Source: Macrostomum hystrix (taxonomy: Eukaryota > Animalia > Platyhelminthes). Taken from it: a stretch of DNA of 64,000 bases. The notes below the pieces were generated by a model, which saw only the letters and a program-made list of their open reading frames with translations, was not told the origin of the DNA and made no database searches. Position 1 is the first letter of the stretch. Each line of letters opens with the position of its first letter. Made by a program: the position numbers and the translations under genes. The stretch is from assembly GCA_950097015.1 (NCBI GenBank), contig CATNEN010000033.1, positions 1,178,001 through 1,242,000 of the forward strand, written 5' to 3'. Below, piece by piece: positions 26,901-38,281 of the stretch.

Positions 26901-28128
26901 GCCGTTTGATTATTCGTCTGGTTAACTGGTTAACCACCCAAGGACTTAATTTCTCCCATTTCAATGAGCAGGAGCAACGATCCTCCCAAAGACCACTCTT
27001 GCCCTGCTGAGATCCATCTTGAGTCTTGACCTCACAAAGACCAAACTATACCCTTGAACTAAGTTAGTCCCTGAAACAACCGAATTTCTGGAAAAAGGTT
27101 TTAATTTTTTTAATTAGCTGATAAGCAAAAATAATTTGAGACACAAACTTCAAATCTGAATGACTGTCCTTTTGCAGCTTGTTAATTATTTTATCTTACA
27201 AATGATAGAGGTTCTCATGGTAGCGCTACAAATAACAACTGCCTATATTCTTTGGCTCAGTTGAAATGATATCTAAATATGATACCCAACCCATTCTATA
27301 GCTAAAATGTGAAAGAACACAATGGTGCTAGTTTTAGCAACTTTTACATTGGCTAACATTTGGCAATGCAGTAACAACTTTTGAAAATAAAATGTGAAAC
27401 AGAAAATTGCTTTATGTTTTCTTATTCTGTTTTATATATACATTCTGACTTACTTAAAATCCATATTTTGCTAATTAAAACAGCCAGAGAGTTGCCTTGA
27501 TAAATAATTGACAAAAGAGCACTTTAACCTAGTGTCTCCAGATTTTCGTTCAGTTCAGACAAATTTGTTCAGTGGCTTTTTCTGTTAGTCTTTGAGACCA
27601 GTCCATGCCTTTGCTGGCTATCCATAAGTGTTTTTGAACAGCCATTAAGTAGGAAAAGTGTGCACAAAATCATAAAGGCACACTAGACAGTCTGAAAAAT
27701 TGAACATAATTTCTTTCCATGGGGTTTAAACAGACTTGGTTTAAAACAATGATATTAGCTTTTGTTTTGCCAAGTATAGGCTTAGAAAATGCTTACGAAT
27801 TATTTAAACTTGCCTTTATCTTGGTTTCTAGGGTCATGTCTACTTGAAATTTTTGTAATGTTAAACTCTATATATTGTTTTTGTTTGGCTTATATAACAA
27901 AAATGTTACAAAATGGATTAACCTAGTCAAAATTTAATTATCTACTATATTTTTAATGAAAAATTGTAATCTCTTTTTTTGCATAAGTTTTAATTTTTTG
28001 TGGACAGCTGTATAAAAAAATATCAAAGATATAAATGTTTATTGAATGTGAATGATCATATTTGTCTGTTTATCAAACCCATCTCCAAATTATTCAGACT
28101 ATCCAATCCCTGTCTATGGTATCCAGCA

Positions 28129-30842
28129 ATGCTGGCAGAAAGGACAGCTTCAAAGGCAAGAAAGCAGCAACAGCAGCAGCAATTGGTGCAGCCAGAAGTG
28201 ATTGAGCTAAGCAATGATGAAGACTTCCTTGCGGATGCTGATTGCTCAGCTGCCCCATCATCAGTTGCTCAGGTCTGCTGCGAAGGCGAAGCTGCCCTCA
28301 GACCAGACGACGAGCTGGTGCTGCTGAACTACAGCATGGTGCCCCACCGGGTTGGCGACATCTTCGTACACACCAAACAGCAGCAGCTGGTGGCCAGCCC
28401 GGGTGGCGAGGAGCTGAGGCCAATGGCCAGCTTCCTGGGCGACATTGGCCTGGCCATGGTGCTGCATCACTATTCAGCATCCAATGCTGACAAAGCAGAG
28501 GCTGGTCTGCCAGCCGTGACACATCTGCTCACTCCTTATCGATACCGCTGCGCCTCTTGTCCGTTTCGCTCGGACACCGAGCTGGCCGTTGTGCTGCACT
28601 ATCAGCAGGGCCACATCAGCCCCGAGGGCCTGTACAGGTGATTTCGATTGTACCATGTCTAGCTGCATTCTTTTTTAACTTCAATTCCCTCCGTTTGTAC
28701 TTAGGCTTCAATACATATCGGCCAAGTTTTCTAACTCACGTAAGCTCCACATTCTGGATTCCATCGTCTGTCTGCCTGTCCGTCTGTTCTGAATGCATTT
28801 TAGTGTCTCTCTCTCTCTCTCTCTGTCCGGTGTCTGTCCCAGAGTTCAGCACTCACTATCGCAATCTCCTGAACCCAGGTGCGCCCTGGACAAGGTTCAG
28901 CAGCCGCGACGTCGCCGCCTTCCGCTGGCACATGGGCAGCGCCCACGGCCTCGCGGCCTTCCCGCAGACGCCGCCGGCGGTCTACCAGTGCGAGCTGTGC
29001 GTCAGCGACTGCGCCACTCCCAGCGCCTTCTACCAGCACAGCTGTCCTGGCCTGGGTCCGCGGCCGCTGGCTCCAGATGCTGTTGAAGGCGATCAGCCGG
29101 TGGCCTGCTGCCTGCAACTGGACAGTCTGCACTTGTTCGGCGTCACCGAGCTGCACGGCAGGCTCGTGAGGGGCACCTTTTATGGCAAAAGGATCGTCAT
29201 GTCGCCTGCCGCCATCCAACCCAATGCTGCTGCTGCTGCTGCTGCCGCTGCTGCTGTTTCTGCCTCTTGGCAACCGCCAATCCGAACCTTTTCTGCTGAA
29301 GCAGTACGGATAAGGAACTATGGTGAGATTCTAAGTCTGATGCATCTTGTGAAGGCTTGCCATTCATAGGTTTTATTTGCTTATCGTTAAATCATTTTCT
29401 TAGCCGGCCCGGATCGGCCTCCTTTCGTCCTCTGTGAGCTCTGCCACGGCGCCTGTCGCTCCATCCGCGCCCTCGCGCGCCACCTGCGCGCTGCCCACGG
29501 CCTGCGCGAGCCGCCAGACAGGTTGGAGGCGGCGCTCCGCTCGCCAGCCGGCCAGCGCTGCTTTGCCTGCCGGCGCCGCTTTCTCACCAGGCGGGGCCTG
29601 ACGCTCCACCTGGCCTGGGCCGGCAGGCTGCCATTGCGAGGCCCGGCCGGCGTGCCGATACTGCAGCTACCCGGCGGCCGACGCTGCCGCCCTGTGCGCC
29701 CACCTGCGCACCCGGCATCCCCACCAGCTGCTGGCCAGTCTAGGCAAGCGCCTCTGCCCCATTTGCCCGCCCGCCTCTCCTAACAGACCCAACCTGGGCG
29801 GTTTCCCCTCTACTAGCGACCTGTTGCGTCATCTAGACACTTGGCACGGCCTGAGGTCGGCTAATTTGCGTGGCGGCGAGCTCCGACTACAGTACCGGAG
29901 TCGGCTGGCAGTCTACGAGTGCCACGCCTGTCCGGCCAGGTTCGCTTCGCCGCAGACTCTGGATAGGTAAAAATTCTAGCTTGGCGTTTGTCTAGTCTTT
30001 TGCGTGATTAGCAACAGCGTGAGTTGCTCTCCCTCCCCTTTCGTGCGATTGGCTGCTGTGTGAATTACCTCTCTCTCTTCCCTTTCTGTGATTCGCTGCT
30101 GTGTGAATTTCCTCTCTCCCTTCCCTTTTTGTGATTCGCTGATGCGTAAATTGGCTCTCTTCTTCTTTCCTGTCCCTATAATAACTACGACTAATTAGAT
30201 TTCTATTGGCTTCTACCTATGTTGTATCGCAGTTGTGGAGTTAATAATAATAATATAATAATAATGACACTAGACCCAAGGGCCAGCGCAGGTGTTGTGT
30301 GTCAAGCACACTAGCAGGAGGGGACTGCACACCTAATGTACTCCCCGGCTCTCTCGGACACCGGATGACAGCCACGTGTCAGCAATGGAATTTATTTTTT
30401 CTAAGCATATCGGCAGCATCCGAACCCCACTGAATTGCCGCACAGAACTGCTTTATTTCACGCCAGCCGGAATTATTATTACCCGACGAAATGTCGGTAC
30501 TCATTTGCAGCTGAGTAGACTGTGTGCACATCAGGGCAAAGCAGCTTGCCAAAGGCTGCACGAATAGTTCTAGCCTAGGTCGGGAGTCGAACCCAGGACC
30601 ATCTGATCCAGAGTCCGACACCTAACTGACTGAGCTATCCGCCCCTCTTGTGGAGTTGAAATTATTCTTACTGCTGATTAATGTGTTGTTGATAGGCACG
30701 CCGCAGCCGCAGCGGCCAATTCGCCGGCCCACCGCCTGGCCTGCCGGCAGTGCGCCAGCTTGGGCCGGCGCGGCGTGCAGTTTTTCTCGCGCGAAGTCTG
30801 GCTGGCCCACCAGCGTGTGGCACATAGCGCTGAGCTGGACAG
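28129..30842 (+). CDS. Multi-C2H2 zinc-finger protein, with apparent frameshifts; 3' end unresolved
   Basis: Exons 28129..28637, ~28850..29322, 29404..29966, 30696..30842. Fingers include CASCPFRSDTELAVVLHYQQGH, CELCHGACRSIRALARHLRAAH, CRYCSYPAADAAALCAHLRTRH, CPIC...LLRHLDTWH, CHACPARF...LDR|H and CRQC...WLAHQRVAH. Frame changes near 28880-28895 and 29610-29630. Confidence 0.8.
29997..30170. repeat. Diverged ~43-bp tandem repeat, ~4 copies, in zinc-finger intron
   Basis: Units of the form tttctgtgattcgctgctgtgtgaatttcctctctcccttccc. Confidence 0.7.
30243..30647 (-). mobile_element. Full-length tRNA-derived SINE with CORE-like domain and 10-bp TSD
   Basis: Minus strand: A-box TAGCTCAGTCAGTTAG, B-box GGTTCGACTCCC, core CCTTTGGCAAG...CAGCTGCAAATGAGTACC, (TTA)n tail. 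Identical ttgtggagtt at 30233..30242 and 30648..30657. Confidence 0.85.
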
Positions 30843-31242
30843 GTGAGTCACAAGCTGTGAGTTTCTTAACACTGTATAACGTTTTCTTGTTTCCCCTTAT
30901 CTGATCGGTGGATGAAATACCGGATAAGTTTCCGGATAAAAAACCAGACCCCTTTAGAGACAGGTAGATTTGACGATACAAAATTATATTTTTTTATGGT
31001 CGTACTGGATAAAAAATGGGACACGTGTAACACACTGCGCAACTCAGACAAAATTTTCTGCATTCTCCACCCATTCCATTTATTTTTTTCAAAATAGCAA
31101 ACGTAAAACAGACTAAACCCTAAACATTTTTTGCATAGTGATCAAAATGACTACGAACCAAAAGACTAAATGCACTGTTGATACTACATCAACTCTAAAT
31201 TCTGTTTTGGCATCGTGTTTTCATGATTTCATGCGGGATCAG

Positions 31243-31690
31243 GCTCTACTCTGTCATCAACATCGACTCCGTCATCAGCCTCTACTCTGTCATCAACATT
31301 GACTCCGTCATCAGCCTCTACTCTGTCATCAACATTGACTCCGTCATCAGCCTCTACTCTGTCATCAACATTGACTCCGTCATCAGCCTCTACTCTGTCA
31401 TCAACATTGACTCCGTCATCAGCCTCTACTCTGTCATCAACATTGACTCCGTCATCAGCCTCTACTCTGTCATCAACATCGACTCCGTCATCAGCCTCTA
31501 ATCTGTCATCAACATCGACTCCGTCATCAGCCTCTACTCTGTCATCAACATTGACTCCGTCATCAGCCTCTACTCTGTCATCAACATCGACTCCGTCATC
31601 AGCCTCTACTCTGTCATCAACATCGACTCCGTCATCAGCCTCTACTCTGTCATCAACATCGACTCCGTCATCAGCCTCTACTCTGTCTTG
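31243..31690. repeat. Minisatellite, 36-bp unit, ~12 copies
   Basis: ctctactctgtcatcaacattgactccgtcatcagc repeated; in-frame period gives the spurious 12-aa-repeat ORFs. Confidence 0.96.
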
Positions 31691-34600
31691 AACATGTACT
31701 CTGTCACCCACCTCAACCATCTCACTCTCTACTGAGTCTTCCTTCTACTCTCCCAGATTCCTAATACTCTCTCATCCTACCTCACAGGATAAATCACCAT
31801 GGATTGCAGTACAGATTGGGAATTAAGGGGAGCAGCAATTTGCTATGTACTTGTTGGTTAACTTCAAATTATTATGTTACTCGTCGCTAAGTATTATATT
31901 CAGCATGTCGTTAGTCCCGTCAAGCTCCGACATGTCGACGACCTGGCGTGCTTTGGCTTCTTCGGCTGTGGCAGTCGGATGTCCGAGAACACCGGTGTCG
32001 GACGTCTAGGTGGTGAACGTTTTGTTAATAGTGGCCGGCTTCTTGGTGGTTCCCGGATTGGCCGCTTTTTTCCATCTGACTCGTTTGGGGTATCCCAGCT
32101 TCTCGCGAGCTGTTTCACTGCAACGAGTGAACGCTCGGTGGAGTTCGGCGTGAGTGTACACGATGGAGGCATTCGCCAGCCACAGTTTAGCTGCAGCCAA
32201 TTTTCCAGGGTTTGCAGCACCTGATCTGTAGCCTGCAATCCGTCGGCCGGACAGACTGGACGAGGCCAGTTCCTTGTCCCGTGAATAAGCTTGTAAAAAA
32301 ACCCTCATCAGCGTTAATCGAGCTGAGCGTCGCCTATCCTCCGTTTTTTGCCGGCCATGTCGTCGTCTACGTCCACTGGGTGCCTCATCCCTTTTTTGGA
32401 GTCCTCGTGACGACAGTCCAGGGTCGGAACGATGGCCAACGGTCACGAATAAAAAGGCTGCCTCTCCGACAGCGCGGTACACGACTGGAGATAAATGAGT
32501 CCGGTTGCGTGTCGGACGTAGGGCCGCATGCTGAAACCAGCGATCGGGTCTCTTGTGCGGATGGAGTCGCGTCCGGATAAAATGTTCGACTGTCATCGCC
32601 TACTTCGGCCTCGTCAGACAGTGGTTCTTCAGACAGATCTGCGTCAGCCGAAGCTGCTGCAGATTGTGCGTTCACATGTCCAGTCAAGCAGTTCGAAGCA
32701 CGCGTTATTAAAGCGTTGCTGTTGACACACTCCGTATTCTTTGTCTAACTGCTTCAGCAACGAAGCTTTCGCAGACTGTCAGATAAGTTTTTTTCGCGCT
32801 GTAGTTCAAGCGTACACATTCGTCACTTTGGCCGCGGCAGCCACCTCGGCTTTGTCATCAAAGGGACCCTTTATTATGGTCCCTGTGTAAAGCTTAGCGC
32901 GGACTCTATTCTTTTTTTGCGGTGACGGTTGTTGCTATGGAGCCGATATTTGGGGTCTGGTGTCAATGGTGGGGTCTTGCAGACGCCAACAATAATTGGG
33001 CGAGTCGTCGTACTTGCGTCTGTGCAAATACACTCGGTATGGTTGTAGCCTTCGGGGTACTGAAATATGAAGTACGGGCAGTACTTTCTGATTTAAACGG
33101 CGTCATTCGCTGCTGGTCGTCCGTGCTACCGACAAATTGCGACGAACTCCCCTTAGGGACAACGGATGGTTCGTTGTCGGTGTCGATATTGTCGTCTTCC
33201 GTTTGCCTCTACCCAGTTTTCTTTTTGTCGCAATTGTCGCTGACTTGTGTGAAGTAGGAGAGTGATTCTAGAAGGGCGACTCCAGGAGGGCGATTCTAGA
33301 AGGGGTGATTCTAGGAGGGATCATACTTCGTCTAGCACACTACAGAGAAATGGCTTGTAAAAAGAACATTGAAGACACCCTTTCGCTTCCATCATTGCTG
33401 TCAAATGGCAGCTGTCAGTTGCAATAATAGTAACTGTTATAATAACTGTGCGACAAAAAATTTTCCGGACAGTCATGCATGGGACAATGTGTTCTTATCA
33501 GTCTTCGCAAAAACAAAAATCAATGCTTCGCTTTAAAGCGAATCATTATCGGCTTATCATCGCGTCATCATATCTTGAAGACAGAATCAGTTGCATGCGT
33601 ACCTCTATGTGACCTATTACGGGATTTGCGGACCAACCTCTGTCTTCAGTGTGTGTACAGTTTTATACGCTCGTATAAATAATTATAGAAGCTATAAATT
33701 ATACGCTTCTGTATAATTTAAGTAGTGACGACTGTGATCACAGGCATCACAGGCATATAGTATATGAAAAAAAAGAAAATATATATGACATGTATATAAA
33801 TATATATAGTAAAATCCTATATCCTACGAATTATTTCTGTATAGCCCATATAATAACCTGCAAAAGATGGAAAGGATTTGCGACACTGACCAGGCGTATG
33901 CCAGGGATTGCCTAAGGGGATCACCGTATGATGGGGTCATTTTCCATCGGTTTTCCCTCGGAGGCTCCCTCTATAATTCCCATGACTACGCAAAATATAA
34001 AATCAGCTTTGTTTAAATTTTTGAAGGATACAAGTTAAATCTGATCCGGTATTTGATCCGGTTAGATCCTTCTCGAACAGTGGAGAAACAAGTGGATGAA
34101 AAACCGGATTAGATTCCGGACGAAAAAACCACTCTCGTCCGTAGGTCATCCGGAATTCGCTCCGGTTTTTTACACTTTTGGACCGAATAATATTCCGGGC
34201 GAAAACCGGATAGAAAATGTTGGCAAAAACTTTTAATCCGGTTTCGGTTCGTATGATCCTCCGGATTTTGATCCGAACTGTACAGCCGGATAAAGTCCGG
34301 ATGAAATTTAGCTTGATCGGGAAAAACCGCTAAAACTTGACAATGGACTTGGCAATAAAACTGGACCAAATCCGGACGAAAACCTGGCGTTTGAGACAGG
34401 CGGGTCAGTTTGACATTAAAGATATCAGTTTGAAATTAGGGCTGTCAATTTGAATTGTCTGTGCATACAATAAGGAGACATATATTATGTTTTACATAAA
34501 TTACAAAATCTAAAGTTTCTGAAAGTCTAGTCCGTTCAAAATCTCTAAAGGCTCTAGTTTTTTGGGCCATTTACTCATCAAAGTGTTCTTGCTTCTGAAC

Positions 34601-35749
34601 ATGATATATTTTTATAATGCTAACTAAGATGCCTAATCTACTTAAAATTGCGAAGTCCGATCTAGATTAGACATAATTTAGCATTTTGCCATCTTATGGT
34701 GTGGATCTAGTGCAACATGATAGTCTGAATGCAAACACAACCAAGCTGGTGCTTCTCTTGCTTTTACCCGTCCTCGCAAAGTACATTTTGCGTCGCGGTA
34801 CTGATTTTTAACAGTTCTATTGTACTTTTTGGCACCTGCTACAAAAATTTAACAGTAGAAGTTGGGGAAATCCCCCTGACATTTTTTGTGCTGCACCCGA
34901 ACGGAGAAACGCAAGCACACGAAACTTCAAAATCACAGGCCAACTTTTTGTTGCGCATCTTCTTTGCTAGCTCCCCAGAACGTCGAGATATTCAATGTTT
35001 CTGGCAAAAATCAAATTTTTCCAATATGCGCTAGTGTATTTCATACACCCCTATACACAAATTAGCACTGCGCCTCAGTGCGGCCTTGTAAGGCCTTTAA
35101 AATTTATCAGCATGTCACCCGAATGTGCCTTCATCATCTCCGTCTTCGGTGGTCACCTACCTTTATCTGCACCAATTTGCTGGACCTTCAAGGGCTATAA
35201 CAGGTGGAAATAGGCCACTATGGACACCCGGACGCGAATTTTACTGATCAAGCCTACATACTAGGCGCAGCTCAACCACAGTACACCATCGTCTAGTCTG
35301 TCAACCAATCAGTCACCACCCAACGTTGGTAGCATTCAGGCGCTGCCAAAATGATTTTCTGGGGGGATTTCCATTGATATGAAATAGTAATAGAATGAAA
35401 ATTGGTATAAAAACGGGCTGCAAAATGGCTGGGTTTCTCTACTGTTTAACTACTTAAAGTAGAAACAGTGCTTTCTTATAATTGTATTATTCAATTGATT
35501 TTCACTATCTACAGTTGTCCTATCTGTTCCAAGAGATTTCAAGTTGGACCGAAATTTATCAGTCACGTGATGCAGCGACACCTGCGACCGTGCTCAGTGC
35601 AACTCACTCGACTGCCTGATTGACAGGAGGATTAAAGAACTCTAAATTGTTATCTGTTTCTTTCGCTACTAAACTCTGTGTTTCGTATTTAGCTTTTTCC
35701 GAATTGAATAGGCAATGTCTGGGAAGTGTGATAGAGAAATGTATTAGGA

Positions 35750-36980
35750 ATGTGGCAAATATACATAGGAAATGTGACAAATATGCATAGGGAATGTGAC
35801 AAAACTGCATATGGAATGTAAAAAATATGCATGGGGAATGTGATAAATATTCATAGGGAATGTGACAAATATTCCTAGGGAATGTGACAAATGTGCATAG
35901 GGAATGTGATAAATATTCATAGGGAATGTGACAAATATTCCTAGGGAATGTGACAAATGTGCATTGGGAGTGTGACGAATATGCATCGGGAATGTGACAG
36001 AATCGGATAGGGTATGTGACAGAATCGGATAGGGTATGTGACAGAATCGGATAGGGTATGTGACAGAATCGGATAGGTTATGTGACAGAATCGGATAGAG
36101 AATGTGATAGAATCGGATAGGTTATGTGACAGAATCGGATAGAGAATGTGATAGAAACGGATAGGTTATGTGACAGAATCGGACAGAGAATGTGACAGAA
36201 TCGGATAGGGTATGTGACAGAATCGGATAGGGTATGTGACAGAATCGGACAGAGAATGTGATAGAATCGGATAGGTTATGTGACAGAATCGGATAGAGAA
36301 TGTGATAGAATCGGATAGGTTATGTGACAGAATCGGATAGGGTATGTGACAGAATCGGATAGGGTATGTGACAGAATCGGATAGGGTATGTGACAGAATC
36401 AGATAGGGTATGTGACAGAATCGGATAGGTTATGTGACAGAATCGGATAGAGAATGTGATAGAATCGGATAGGTTATGTGACAGAATCGGATAGAGAATG
36501 TGATAGAAACGGATAGGGTATGTGACAGAATCGGATAGGGTATGTGACAGAATCGGATAGGGTATGTGACAGAATCGGATAGGGTATGTGACAGAATCAG
36601 ATAGGGTATGTGACAGAATCGGATAGGTTATGTGACAGAATCGGATAGAGAATGTGATAGAATCGGATAGGTTATGTGACAGAATCGGATAGAGAATGTG
36701 ATAGAATCGGATAGGTTATGTGACAGAATCGGATAGAGAATGTGATAGAAACGGATAGGTTATGTGACAGAATCGGATAGGGTATGTGACAGAATCGGAT
36801 AGAGAATGTGATAGAAACGGATAGGTTATGTGACAGAATCGGACAGAGAATGTGACAGAATCGGATAGGTTATGTGACAGAATCGGATAGAGAATGTGAT
36901 AGAATCGGATAGGGTATGTGACAGAATCGGATAGAGAATGTGATAGAAACGGATGCGGAATGTGATAAAAAGGGAATGTA
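35750..36980. repeat. Minisatellite, 22-bp unit (tgtgacagaatcggatagggta) with a diverged left segment
   Basis: Direct periodicity; the left ~250 bp uses the tgtgacaaatatgcatagggaa variant. Confidence 0.96.
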
Positions 36981-37494
36981 ATAAAAGTTTTTTAGGAAGG
37001 TGACTATTTTATATAGTGTTATAGAAGTTGTATAGTGTTATTGCTGTTTCAGTGCTAGTGTTAGTTCAGTTAAGAAATTAGTAACTATGAACATGATGTC
37101 CATTTCTGAGTTCCAAAATGTGTGCGTTTATGACACGGAGTTTCAGTTTTGACTGACAGATAAACATTTTATATCAGCAGCATTTTCCATGAGTTGAGCT
37201 GTACTGGAAGTTCCACTTGTTGTTGCGTAAATCATATGCCTCGCTGGCTTAATCGTTTTTTACAAATTTCATTGATATGTCATTCTCTCTGCTGTTAGTT
37301 GTAATCCATAATTTGCATTACAATGTTTTGCTGCATTAAACAGATATAATACTTGCTGCATTGGTTAAATACACTTTGCATAAGTGCTTTTCACTTTATG
37401 TAATTTTTCTGGTACCGAAATTGTTTATTTAAATATAATTGCCGTTTTCTGCCACATTTTATAAACTTGTATAGTGAACTACTTGTGATAGATG

Positions 37495-38105
37495 TAATCA
37501 GTCCCTAATGGCAGGTGTAATCAGTCCCTAATGGCAGGTGTAATCAGTTCCTAATAGCCGGTATTATCAGTCCCTAATGGCAGGTGTAATCAGTCCCTAA
37601 TGACCGGTATAATCAGTCCCTAATGGCAGGTGTAATCAGTCCCTAATGGCAGGTGTAATCAGTCCCTAATGGCAGGTGTAATCAGTCCCTAATGGCAGGT
37701 GTAATCAGTCCCTAATGGCAGGTGTAATCAGTCCCTAATGGCAGGTGTAATCAGTCCCTAATGGCAGGTGTAATCAGTCCCTAATGGCAGGTGTAATCAG
37801 TCCCTAATGGACGGTATAACCAATCCCTAATGGCAGGTGTAATCAGTCCCTAATGGCCGGTATAATCAATCCCTAATAACAGGTGTAATCAGTCCCTAAT
37901 GGCCGGTATAATCAATCCCTAATAACAGGTGTAATCAGTCCCTAATGGCCGGTATAATCAATCCCTAATAACAGGTGTAATCAGTCCCTAATGGCCGGTA
38001 TAATCAATCCCTAATAACAGGTGTAATCAGTCCCTAATAGCCGGTATAATCAATCCCTAATAACAGGTGTAATCAGTCCCTAATGGCAGGTGTAGTCAGT
38101 CCCTA
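37495..38105. repeat. Minisatellite, 23-bp unit (taatcagtccctaatggcaggtg), ending in two hairpins
   Basis: About 26 units; inverted repeats at 38090..38130 and 38135..38156. Confidence 0.95.
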
Positions 38106-38281
38106 ATAATATAATAGGGACTGACTACACATTCCCTCTCTAATATAATAGAGAGGCCAATCAGTGGATGTGCTGACACAGATGTAGGCTAGCTGCTTCA
38201 GCCAGTCCACCTCTCGCTAAACTTTCCAGGCTAGTTTAGCATGCGAAGAACTGTAAAAAATGTGAAATAAGTCTCTGCTCT

